From Eledone cirrhosa (Eukaryota): a DNA stretch of 64,000 bases. Below the pieces are notes generated by a model. That model was not told where the DNA came from. It saw nothing but the letters and a program-made list of their open reading frames with translations, and ran no database searches. This document shows positions 45,992 through 63,507 of this stretch, one piece after another (position 1 is the stretch's first letter; each line of letters begins with the position of its first letter). The stretch spans positions 266,972,001 to 267,036,000 of the forward strand of contig OZ024741.1 of the NCBI GenBank assembly GCA_964016885.1, in the 5' to 3' direction. The position numbers and the translations under genes are program-made.

Positions 45992-46523
45992 TCTAGTTTT
46001 GAGTGTGTGTGTGTTTTAGTTAAGTATTTCAATATATATATATTTTTTTTAAAATTTATTTTTGATTTATTTTTGTTTTTTGTTTTTCTTGTGTGTGAGT
46101 GAGAAGAGTATATATATAAAAATATGAGTATATATATATATATATATGTATATTCTGGTTATTTGAAATTAATTAAGTTAATGAAAAGACGAAAGTATAT
46201 AATAATAATTTGTAGTTAAAGGAAAATGTACTCACAAGTTCGAAAACACGTGGTTTCAAATATATAATAATATAGATGTATGTAAATGTATGTGTATTAA
46301 CCGGTCAATTTTCAAATATATAATAATATAGATGTATGTAAATGTATTAACCGGTCAATTTTTTGTTTGTTTGGTTTTGTCTTGTGGTTTTGTTTTGTGG
46401 CTGTGTGACTTGCTGCTTACTCGGGGAGAGAAGTATTATATGTATTATATGTATTATATGTATTATATGTATTATATGTATATGTATTATATGTATATAT
46501 ATATATATGTATATATATATATG

Positions 46524-46590
<67 letters not shown>

Positions 46591-46591
46591 G

Positions 46592-46661
<70 letters not shown>

Positions 46662-46847
46662 TATATGTATATGTATATATATGTATATATATATATGTAT
46701 ATGTATATATATGTATACGTATATGTATATGTATATATATGTATATATATGTATATATATGTATATGTATATGTATATATATGTATATGTATATATATAT
46801 ATATGTATATATATATGTATATATATGTTTATGTATATATATATATG

Positions 46848-46881
<34 letters not shown>

Positions 46882-46907
46882 TGTATATGTATATATATAT
46901 GTATATG

Positions 46908-46938
<31 letters not shown>

Positions 46939-47101
46939 GTATATGTATATGTATATATATATATGTATGTATATATATATGTATGTATATATATGTGTAT
47001 ATATATATGTATATATATATATGTATATGTATATATGTATATATATATATGTATGTATGTATATATGTATGTATGTATATATGTATATATATATATATAT
47101 A

Positions 47102-47531
47102 GGGCAAAGGAGCTCTTAAGAGTCAATGGCCATCCAAAATCACCGGGAGAGATGACCCCTTAGCCTTTGTCAAGGCAGAATTCTAGGAGAAGGAAAACTC
47201 TGATATAACACCTGCAACCCTGATGGTATCCAATGATGTTGACTTGTTCTTCTTTTTGGTAAATATCATCTTGGTTAAGAGAGTGGGACTGGCTTTGTGC
47301 AGTGCTTTGCTCACTATAAAAGCTTCACGGCACAGGCATTGCTTTATATCTGGAGATCTCTCTGCACTTGTCGTCACATGGTACCATGGGCCCAGCACTG
47401 TGTGTCAATAATTGTCACAGGTGTATGTTTGTACCAGAGTTTTCAAGTCGCTGGCTGAACTCCCATCGGTAGGGGTTCTCCTACATGGATATAAAGTAGT
47501 GGCCGTACTCGAAAACGAGTTGGCAGCCACC
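47102..47531 (+). mobile_element. GC-richer insert, possibly an RTE-type 5' UTR fragment
   Basis: Contains ctaggagaaggaaaactctga (47183-47203), a motif I recall from RTE 5' regions. It has several hairpins and is flanked by (TA)n. Confidence 0.4.
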
Positions 47532-51785
<4,254 letters not shown>

Positions 51786-52582
51786 TAAATAACAAAGAAC
51801 GCCTATAGCATATGCATATCTTTACTTGCTAACATTGTTTCATCCGCACTATAAGTGGGACTCATCAGAGCATAAAGGTTAATTACATACCACACAAGCA
51901 ATAACAAATCCAAGACATTGAAGAATGAAAAATAATAGAAGATAAAGGATATTAAGGAAGTAAAAGTAGAAATAAAAATAAAAATAAAAATAAAAATAAA
52001 AATAAAAATAAAAATAAAAATAAAAATAAAAATAAAAATAAAAATAAAAATAAAAATAAAAATAAAAATAAAAATAAAAATAAAAATAAAAATAAAAATA
52101 AAAATAATAAAATAAACAATGAAAAATAAGGGGTGCTATCAGTCACAGTTGGGCGGGGTGCTGTCAACATATAGTTACATACAAGCATACACATGGATAA
52201 GAGAACAGACAAGAGTAGATAAGATAGATAGGATTAGGTAAGAGTAGGTGAAAAATAGGTGAAAAATAGGTAAAAAATAGACTTATAATATATATAAGAA
52301 AATATAAAAAAATATAACAAACATACATATAAAATATAAAATATACAGATAATAGTGATACAGGGTAAGGAATGAAATAAAATAATATAAAATTAAAATT
52401 AAAATTATATAAAATATAACATAATATAATATAATCATAAAATAAGATAAAATAAGGTAAACTAAAATAAAATAAAATAGACTAAAGTAAAATAATATAA
52501 TATAAGATATAATTAAATGTAATTAAATAAATAAATAAATAAATAAATAAAATTAAATAAATAAATAAAATTAAAATTAAAA

Positions 52583-52634
<52 letters not shown>

Positions 52635-53298
52635 GTAAATAAATAAATAAATGAAATTAAATAAATAAATAAATAAAATTAAATAAAATGAAATGAAATA
52701 AAATAAAATAAAATAAAGTAAATTGAGATAAGATATATATTTTTTTAGAATATATCTCTTGAATATATCAGGGGCCCACGAAGGCACTAAGTGTCACAGT
52801 TATCTGTATCACTTGACCATTTTTTTAGAATATATTTCTTGAAAATATCAGGGGCCCACGAAGGCACTAAGTGTCACAGTCACCAGTATCACTTGACCAT
52901 TGCAAGGCAATGGAGGCGTCCCAGGTTGGGCAGTCTCAAAAGTTCACTCGAAAGTCACGGGTGTGCATTCACACAGTTGAGCGGTGGGGTAATCACAAAC
53001 CGGTTCACACCCGGGCAGGAGTCCAATGGTCAAACAGAGGTACATCGAAGGAAGGTAGGAGAATTCACGTGCAGTAGCAAGAGGCTGAAAGCAAGGTGCA
53101 GGCGGGTTAGCCAAAGCAAGCAGACACAGTTGGAGCGCATACAAAAGATATATAAAAAGACAAAAGATATATAAAAGATATATAAAAAATAGCTTCAAGA
53201 GCCATGAAGTCACCGCATTGGGACATCACAAGATTATACACACCAATATGTTCAGCACGTATATGCACATATACACACCACATGCATATGCAGAGCCA
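51786..53298 (-). mobile_element. Probable PLE-type 3' UTR fragment with terminal HHR
   Basis: Pyrimidine/T-rich UTR-like sequence on the - strand, with an HHR about 35 nt from the (TA)n junction. No coding remnant recognised. Confidence 0.55.
51820..51877 (-). ncRNA. Type I hammerhead ribozyme
   Basis: ctttat gct-CTGATGA-gtcc cac ttata gtg c ggat-GAAA-caatg-TT-agca a gtaaag. Confidence 0.78.
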
Positions 53299-53957
<659 letters not shown>

Positions 53958-53977
53958 ACGTATTTTTTCCGACGTCG

Positions 53978-55336
53978 GAAAATTCCTCAACTTCGCGGTG
54001 GAATTTATCGTGACGATGGACTCTTTACTATCTTAAATTGCAACATAGTTAACCTTAATATTATTAAGAACAATATACGTAATCTCTTTAACCAACATAA
54101 CCTAAAAATTGATTTTGATAACAGCATCAAACTAGCTAATTTCTTGGATGTATCTCTTAATCTTGACAATGGCCTATATTACCCTTACCATAAAAACAAT
54201 GAGAACCTAAATTATGTTAACTTTAAATCTAACCATCCTACTAATATCAAGAATGCTATAGTTAGTAATATTGGAAAAAGAATATCTAACCTATCTTCTA
54301 ATAAAAACTTCTTTGATGTTAACGCCAATTACTATAATAACGCGCTTTCTAAAGCCGGCTATCCTGATAAAATCAAATATAGTAAAGAAACAAATTCTAG
54401 AAGAACTTACAGTAGAATAATTAATCATGATCATTCCCATAACTTTAATAAAAGACCTAGATACAAAAACATAATCTGGTATAATGCTCCTTTCTCCATC
54501 TCTATTAATAATAATATTCCTAAATTATTCTTTAGTGCCTTAAATAAATGCTTCCCTCCCTCACATATCTATAGTAAAATATTTAACAAACACACTATAA
54601 AATTTTCCTATTCTACATCCTCCAACATTTCCAACATTATCTCTAAACACAACAATAAAATACTAAATACTAAATCTCTTCCTTCCAACACTGAATATCA
54701 TAATAATAGTAATAGTACTCCCGACGTCATTGTAAGCCCTAGGCTAATTCTGCAAACCCAAATACAACATCAAACACAACTTCGCTAAATGTTCTTAATC
54801 CCATTCTAAATCAAGAAACTATTATTCCTATCGCAAATAACTTCTCCAATCCAATTCCTTCTATAGATAACACTAGGTCACTCGTTAATAATCTCTCTAA
54901 TCGCAATTGCAATTGCCCAGTTAAAAATAAATGTCCTCTCAACAACCATTGTCTTGATAAAAACTTAATTTACGAATGTAAAGTTATAACTGACACCAAT
55001 TCCTTCACCTATTTTGGCTCCACTTCCACCTCTTTTAAAGCTCGTCTTTATAACCATCATTCGTCTTTTAAATACAAACTTAAAAGAACCAACACGGCTC
55101 TCTCAGAACTCATATGGTCCTTGAAAGACAAAAATATTAAATATAGCATCTTTTGGAAGAAGGTTTCTTCTGCGTCTTCATACTTGAACAGTTCTCTATC
55201 CAAGATTTGCAATCTCTGTCTAAATGAAAAATTTACCATTATATCTAATTTAGATTCTATAATAAATAGACGCACTGACTTGTTTTCTATCTGCTTGCAT
55301 AAATTTCACAAAACATTCCACAAAGTATACAGCTAA
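53978..55336 (+). pseudogene. PLE RT C-terminus and GIY-YIG, with a frameshift in the linker
   Basis: [31 protein letters not shown], then CNCPVKNKCPLNNHC...IYEC...YFGSTSTSFKARL...CNLC...INRR...CLH. Confidence 0.9.
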
Positions 55337-56296
55337 TATCCAAATCTTTATCAATTTAGAATCTTTTTCTCAAAGGCACACATATATATATATACACTTC
55401 TTTAAAAATATACCCATCTTTCTACCTTATTTCAAAGGTTTTATTATACATTGTATAATACTTGTTACTCATTCTATAATACTTGTTACTCATTCTATAT
55501 CGCTCCTATTTATCACTTCCCTTTCTTCTCGTTTTCTTTTAATGTCTAACCCCTAATCTGTACCTTTTCTCACTGTTGCCTAACATAGAATCAATTATTA
55601 CATAATACAATACATTCTTACTCTATATCACCTTGTAAAAATCCTTCGTAAACATAAATATTTTTTTGACGTTAGATTATTCATCCTCAAATCATTATTC
55701 TCTTCTCCCTTTCATCTAACTCATTCATGCTCATCTCACAATATATCCTTACTTAAATTACCTGTTGTTCTTTTTAATAATACATATCAACATTTTCTTT
55801 CCATCGCACATATTATTAAACCCTTAAATATCATTATTAATACATATTAACTTTTTCTTTCCATCGCACATGTTATTAAACCCTTAAATATTATTCTTAA
55901 TACATATTAACATTTTCTTTTCATCGCACATATTATTAAACCCCTCACTATACAAACCTTAACTTTACATTATTTTTCTCTTCGTTAATTTTCAAATTCT
56001 TTTAATTTATACATTATCTTCCAACTGTTTTTCAACCTCTCTATGTAAAACAATATATTTTTCTCAGTTATAAAAGCTATCTCTCTCTCTCTATCACCCA
56101 CCTCTCCTCCTATCTCATCCTTCCTCATTATACTCCTCCCCTCCACTTTTTACTCTCATCTCCTCCTCTTTTTCACCCCCCCCCCAAAAAAAAATATTTT
56201 TCCCAATATCACACATCAATCTAAAACTACTTTTCATATGTTGATTCAAAACTGCACTATTCACAAGTGTTTTTTAACCTTCATATCATGTCTTCC

Positions 56297-56367
56297 TATT
56301 TTATCTGATGAAAACACAAATATTATTGCATGATGATATTTGATTTTGAAATGCGCATAATAAAATA
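56297..56367 (+). ncRNA. Type I hammerhead ribozyme (family F)
   Basis: tattttat-CTGATGA-aaa ca caaatatta...tgatatttg a ttt t-GAAA-tgcgca-TA-ataaaata. Stem I is a perfect 8 bp and stem III is palindromic. Confidence 0.85.
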
Positions 56368-56488
56368 CATGGAACTCTTTTAACCATCTTTTGATCTTAT
56401 ATATTATGTATACTCCAGTCCTACAAACTGTAGAGTGCTTCTTATCCGATATCTGCATTGCTTTATTGTACTACAATAAAACTCACCT

Positions 56489-56526
<38 letters not shown>

Positions 56527-56529
<3 letters not shown>

Positions 56530-59500
56530 GATATTAATAAATGGAAACTATATTTATAAAACCATATTTATTTCATTATATATATTTCAAGGATACCAAG
56601 TTACATTATGGTATGCCTTCATCAGACAAAATACAATATATAACAGTTTTATAAATAGACATTGACGTACCCCTTTAAAAATTGACCGTTGCTTTTGGAG
56701 GCCATCAGGATAGTGATTTGTTTACTTTAGTAAGTCGTAGTGTTAAGAGTAAGTAAAACGATGGAGAGAGAGAGAGAAACGTGGAGAAAAGAAAGGGAGA
56801 GATAGATAAAGAAAAAGAAGAAAGCAAAAAGAAAAGAGAACAGAGGAAAAATAACGGGGAGATATCAAACCATCAGACAGAGAAAAAATCCAGAGAGAGA
56901 TATATAGAGATAGAGAGAGGGGGGAGAGAACGAAAACCTTAAGTTATGTCATATTAAGTTGAGTTAACAGTTGGGATGAAAATCATAAATAAAATTAGAA
57001 ATATTAATATTCATGAATGGAATATAGATATATAATATGAGAAATTACACATTGTTTAATTATGATTAGATATTTAGTTTAAAATTGAGATCAATATATT
57101 AAAAATTAGAATTTAAACATTATAAAATATATATATTGCTAGAGAGATTATCTATCGCATATTACATACACATAGGCAAAGGTACATAAATATATATATA
57201 TACACACACTCACTCAGAAAATACACATTATATCTACTCACCCATTTAATATGTATATACAAAGCATAAGTGATTTTTTATTTATTGCCATACATTCCCT
57301 GTGTTATTAATGGAAAATATAAAGTTTTTAGTATATATATAAATATATAGGATTAACTTTCATGCATTTATGGCTGTTAAGTTATGCATATCTGCAATGA
57401 AAAACTGCATGTGTAAGACTGTACATTCACATCCATAATTCTTAGCTATACATGAATAGATATGTGTGTGCATCTTCAATTGGTATACACGCGTCACTCA
57501 TGCATATATACAGACAGACATATAATCATAAAAAAGCATATAACACATGTATATGTATGTCAACATACACATACAGATACATTAGCCGTACATAGATATA
57601 CGTATACATCAACATATAACATAGTACAATTGAGTATATAAAATACAAAAGGATTATAATTTGGAAATATAATTATATCAATATAACTTAAAAGGCAAAC
57701 GAATTCTACAAATATCAAAATACTAAAATATCCCAAAATATTATAGAATATTTTAAGTTAAAATAATATGTTTAATATATTTAGTATAGAAATTAATCTT
57801 ACGTATATTTTAATCAAGATATTGAAAGGACAAACTTTTGAAAATTATGAGAAGCTATCAGAATAAAAAATCAAAAAAAAATCTAAAAAAATTATGAGAA
57901 GCTATCAGAATAAAAACAAATCTAATAAAAAAAATAAAATAAAATAAATCTAATAAAAAAATAAAAAGAATCTAATAAAAAATAAAATATTATATCAATA
58001 TAACTTAAAAACAAGGATTCTACAGATTTAAAAATATTAAAAAGTTTAAAAATAAAAATTAAAAATTTTTTTTTAAATTTCAAAAAAATTTTTTAAAATC
58101 TCAAAAAAAATTTTAAAAATTAAAAAAATTTTTTTTAAAAATTAAAAAAAAATTTTTAAATTTCAAAAAAATTTTAAAAACTATTAAAATATTATAGAAT
58201 ATTTTAAGCTAAAATAATATGTTTAGTATAGAAATTTATCTTACGTCTATTTTATTCAAGATATTGAAAGGATAAACTTTTCTAGAATAGTTTATTATAT
58301 TTATAATTATATTTATGAAGAAAATTTATACTTGGGTACTTAACTAAAGAAAATGAAAAGGTGAAGGAATCTAATGATTTATCGACAGGTTACATGTATT
58401 AACTAAATTACTTAATTAATTAAAATACATTTTAAATTTATATTTATATTTAAACGTTGATTTCAATCTATGTCTGCAGCAACTGAATAAATTATTCCTT
58501 AAATTAAGGGAATTTTTGGTCTTTAATATAAAAAATATTTCCTCTATACAAAGGTCACAATTTTCTGAAGAGGACTTAAAAGGAGTAGCTTTTGAAATAA
58601 TATTCCAAATCAGCGAATATTCAACATTATCTCGTTTTAGGTCCCATAATAGGCTAGATAGCGAAGTTGAAGATTTTTTGTTTGGATCTGTAAAAGAATT
58701 TTTATGATTATTGAAGCGGGATTTAAATTATGTAGAGGTAGAACCGACATAGTTAAGTGAATTTAAATTAGTTTTAACATTACAATTATAAACTACATTT
58801 TTAGCTAAGCAGTTGTTATTTAACGGACAGTTGGATTTATTTCTACAGTTACAGTTATTCGGTTGAATATTGCTTGGGTTATTATTAGTATTTTGGTTAG
58901 GTTTTAAATTTCTATTATTAATTCTATTAATATTTTGCGCTAAATTTTTGGTGGAAGAGTAGGTTAATTTTATAGTATGTCTATTAAAAATTGAGTAATA
59001 TTTATGTGTTCTAGGGAATCGTTTGTCAAGAGCTTTAAAGAATAGTTTAGCAATAGGGGTTTTAATATTTAGTGAGAAAGGGGGAGCGAACCATAATATA
59101 TTCCTAGTTCTATTTCTTTTCTGGCTTTCGGAGTTATAGTAATATTTTCTATTATGGTTGTTGAAATTGTTACCATAATTAAAGTTGTTATTATTTTGGT
59201 TATTTTGTATATTATTATTATTATCGATGTATTTAATTTTATTTCTATACCCAGCTCTACCTAACGCTTCATTGTAATAATGCGCTTTTTCATCAAATAT
59301 ATTCTTATTAGATGAAATTCTTGAAATTCGTTTTTGAACAGAGTTCACTATAGTATTGTTAACGGATCTGGGGTGATTAGAGTTAAAATTGACATAATTT
59401 AAGTTCTCATTTAGTTTGTGAAATGGATAATGAAGATATGTGTTGAGATTTAGTGTTACATCTAGAAAATTGACTATTTTATGGTTATTCTCTATTTCTA

Positions 59501-60970
59501 CTTTTAGATTAAGGTAATTAAAAAATTGTATAATTTGTTTTCTTTTTCTATTTAGTTCACAGCTATTATTTTCTATAAATAAAAGCATGTCATCACGATA
59601 TAAGCCTCCGGTTACATCTGGTATTTTTCTATGTAGAAAATTAATTATAAATAGGCCCACAAGGTCCGTTACCTGAGCTGAGTCTGAAGATCCCATAGCT
59701 CTGTCGAAATTATTATTTCTATCTGCCTTAGTCCAGAGTTGGTTATTAAATTCTATTAATGTTTTCCGTGCCGATAATATAATGTGCATTTTATTGCTAG
59801 TTAGGTCTGTATGTTTAAATGCGTAAGTTAGTGCCTTATTCAGTAGATTAGGAGTGATAGATGAGTAGTAGTTAGCAATATCCAACTGAATAAACTTATT
59901 ATTATAGTTATATTTAATTTCTTTAAACCAATCGATAACCTCACTAGTCCCTTTCCATAATTTTAAGTAAGATAAATTAGGTAAATTCTTAATTTGTTGT
60001 ATTACTCTGTCTAGAATATTTTTGCTAAGTCTGCCCAGGTCAGATTTAGATGGTGCAATTAATCTGGCTGGTAAATCATTTTCAAAGTTTCTTTTATGAT
60101 CCTTCATATTGATCTTAGGTTTCCTTGGCATGAAGGGTTGTGTTTTATTTTCAATGTCTAGTTCATGCATTATACAAGAGGCATCTGTATTCAGTTTTTC
60201 AAGTTCGTCCTTATTTGCTACATTATATTTCTTCCTTAGTTCCTTCAATATAAGGTCGTTATAAATGTCCTTTTGTATTCCGTAAAGATTATTAGTTTTG
60301 TCCGACTTAACTAGAATTTTCTCCGTTTTCTCCAAGTTTTCAATCTTATCCTTAATATCTCTTAAGTAATCTTGGCCTTTGAAGTTGTTTTTGAATTTGA
60401 CGCTTTGGATGATAGATATGATATCATTTTCAAAATCCATTAGTAGTTTGTTGGGGGGTGGATTTTTTTTAGATTTGAAGATTCTATCCAGATTTGAATC
60501 ATTTTCATTTAGATTAGATTTATCGAAGTGGAAAGCACGCCACCTGATTCTTCTTATAAAAGAGTCTGATTTTTCTATTAATTGCTTAATAAAATCTTTA
60601 TTCCTAGGTAGAGGTATGTCTTTTAGAGAAGAAGAGATCTTAAAGAATTCCATTTTTCAGTTATAATGTAAAGCGCTCAACAATACAGGAGCAGAGTATA
60701 TGCAAAAGTTTTATTTAAATTGTTGGGATACAACAAGCAAATATTTTTATAACTGATATAAAGCACTCGACAAATATTTGGAGTAGATATACGATATTAA
60801 TAAATGGAAACTATATTTATAAAACCATATTTATTTCATTATATATATTTCAAGGATACCAAGTTACATTATGGTATGCCTTCATCAGACAAAATACAAT
60901 ATATAACAGTTTTATAAATAGACATTGACGTACCCCTTTAAAAATTGACCGTTCTTTTGGAGGCCATCAG
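56527..60970 (-). mobile_element. Full-length Penelope-like element (family G) with ~180-bp direct terminal repeats (pLTRs), each carrying an HHR
   Basis: Direct repeats at 56527-56708 and 60790-60970, with HHRs at 56569-56633 and 60832-60896. Single RT-GIY-YIG ORF. (TA)n on both sides. Confidence 0.95.
58416..60653 (-). pseudogene. PLE polyprotein (RT plus C-terminal GIY-YIG), about 745 codons with one in-frame TAA at 58728-58730
   Basis: The 641-aa ORF has KSDKT, ARLI, QLDIANYY, MGS, GLYRDD, FLDV, SNHP, CNCRNKSNCPLNNNC and VVY...YVG. It continues in frame after the TAA (FKSRFNNHKNSF...CDLC...LNLR...CCRH) to a stop at 58416. The copy at about 6941 has GAA at this codon. Confidence 0.93.
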
Positions 60971-61100
60971 TATATATGTATATATATATATATATATATA
61001 TGTATACATGTATATATGTATATATGTATATATATATATATATATACATATATATGTATATATATATATATGTATATATATATACATATATATGTATATA

Positions 61101-61145
<45 letters not shown>

Positions 61146-61192
61146 GTATATATATATATGTATGTATATATATATATATGTATGTATATGTA

Positions 61193-61249
<57 letters not shown>

Positions 61250-61877
61250 AACAAATAACACTTCCTTCTCCAAGCCTAGATTCGAAACCGAATCTAAGAA
61301 TTCTCGCTGTTCAAAATCACGACGACAGGCGTCAAAGAAAGGTTTTTTCTTTGTCCTGTCAAAAAGTGATTGATCGCCTCCCTTTGACCTACGACCTCAG
61401 CTAGGTCAAGCCAAAGTCAAATTGACCGAAGGACGTAGAAACCCTGTTGCGGTATGTCTATCATTCTAGCCACCGCAACATTATATATATGAGAGTCAAG
61501 GGAAACCCAGGGACAGAAAGCTGGTCTGAAACCACACAGAGAGACCTACTGTGTCAGATGAACTACACACACACACTCACACAAACATATTCATTCTAAC
61601 ACACCAGTTCCATAAATGTATCCTGGTTCTATTTTCTAACAGCTCGTAGCAGTTGTCAACATTAACATTTTTGTATGTAGTAAAGCATGATGTGTACATA
61701 ACCACAAATTAAGTTCCAGTGAAATAAACTATTTTTATAATGAATCCATTCACCTACTTGTTCATTTTTAGACATGCCTTATCAATATTTCACCATTATA
61801 CACACACAACCACTACATATGTATATATATATATATGTATATATCTATATGTAAATGTATATATATGTATATAATTA

Positions 61878-63246
61878 ATACAATAACAGGGATAGCTTAA
61901 CGCTAAACTCCGACTGGTAACCATCTTACTCAACAAACATTAGGTTATATGTTAGTATAACCCAATTTAAGTGTTTGGGGTGCTAACTATATGTATTTTG
62001 TGGAAAGCCAGTTGTATTATTTTATGAGATATAATTAAAGTTAAAATATATCTCTCTTTCCAAACAATTGTTTCATTATAAGTTTTCTACAAATTGGGAG
62101 AATGTTTCCAGTTTATGTAGAAGCCTAACATATATTCATGTAAGAATATATTTAGGTGGGCACTTATAAATCTTCAGTGGAAGCCCATTAAACTTTGATA
62201 TAAGAAAAAATTTCTTACCGCAGTTAAAAATCGTGTCTGCTAAGCTGCTCCCTCACGCATCGAATGACCGCCAAATTTGAAATTCCAGCAGTTTTTTGAC
62301 TGAGGAAGTTTCATAGCGTCACGAAGCGGGAAGGGGAGACAATCACAATACACGAGAATAGAAAAAAATAATATACACTCGGGTTAATTAGTTTTTTCAA
62401 AAACATTATCAACGCAACGTGTTAAGAACTCAATTGAAATTAAAAAAATAAATGTATGCGTGTATTAATTACACACGCATATAGATATTTTCTTAGGCTA
62501 AAAATAGAAGTGATAGCAAAATAAGAGACCGCATTCCATCACCGCAGCAAATACGGAAGTTTACGCTTTAAAGGCAATTGGGAATGTAAATCTCTGGCCA
62601 AATTAAGAGTAAAATATTTAATACACGCGGGTTAATTAGTTATTTAAAACCATTATCAATTCCACGTGTTAAGAACTCAATTAATTAAAAAAAATAAATG
62701 TATGCGTGTAATTATTTACACACGCATATATATATTTTCTTAGGCTAAAAACAGAGAAGTGACAACCAAAAAACCTCCATATCACACAACAGTAACAAAT
62801 ACGGAAAGTCACCTTTATAAGGTACCTGGAAATAAATACCTCTGGCCAAATCAAGAGTAACATATTTAATACAATAACAGAGATAGCTTAACGCTAAACT
62901 CCGACTGGTAACCATCTCACTCAACAAACATTAGGTTATATGTTAGTATAACCCAATTTAAGTGTTTGGGGTGCTAACTATATGTATTTTGTGGAAAGCC
63001 AGTTGTATTATTTTATGAGATATAATTAAAGTTAAAATATCTCTCTCTTTCCAAACAATTGTTTCATTATAAGTTTTCTACAAATTGGGAGAATGTTTTC
63101 AGTTTATGTAGAAGCGTAACATATATTCATGTAAGAATATATTTAGGTGGGCACTTATAAATCTTCAGTGGAAGCCCATTAAACTTTGATATAAGAAAAA
63201 ATTTCTTACCGCAGTTAGAAATCGTGTCTGCTAAGCTGCTCCCTCC
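61878..63246 (-). mobile_element. Non-coding element with ~375-bp direct repeats (period 991 bp), each with an HHR (62058-62182 and 63049-63173)
   Basis: 61878-62252 is near-identical to 62869-63244. HHR reads ttcca-CTGAAGA-t ttataag...cttataa t-GAAA-caattg-TT-tggaa. There is an internal ~250-bp duplication and (TA)n flanks. Confidence 0.85.
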
Positions 63247-63270
63247 TATATGAAAATGTATATATATATG

Positions 63271-63317
<47 letters not shown>

Positions 63318-63318
63318 G

Positions 63319-63386
<68 letters not shown>

Positions 63387-63408
63387 AATATATATATATA
63401 TATGTATA

Positions 63409-63440
<32 letters not shown>

Positions 63441-63507
63441 TATATGATATATATGTATATATATGTATATATGATATACGAGTGTTGAAGTATAAAGACG
63501 TGTTTTC

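Larger units (their letters stand above)
41735..46434 (-). mobile_element. Full-length CR1-group LINE (5' UTR, ORF1, ORF2, short repeat tail)
   Basis: Two intact ORFs and a (TTCAAAGTTA)-like 3' tail at 41735-41765. The 5' end (acttctctccccgag) is shared with the copy at 63508. Flanked by (TA)n. Confidence 0.9.
53958..56490 (+). mobile_element. Penelope-like element, family F: 5'-truncated
   Basis: RT C-terminus and GIY-YIG, then a 1.1-kb 3' UTR with ~60-bp tandem repeats (55780-55945) and an HHR. Flanked by (TA)n. Confidence 0.9.

Noticed and set aside
52791-53213. 127-aa and 89-aa ORFs in a GC-richer patch
   Set aside because: They have no domain motifs and the 127-aa ORF has a non-ATG start. 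They lie within a probable element UTR.
58728-58730. Selenocysteine recoding as in some Naiad PLEs
   Set aside because: The in-frame stop is TAA, not TGA, and aligns with a Glu codon in the sister copy. The endonuclease is also C-terminal, unlike Naiads.
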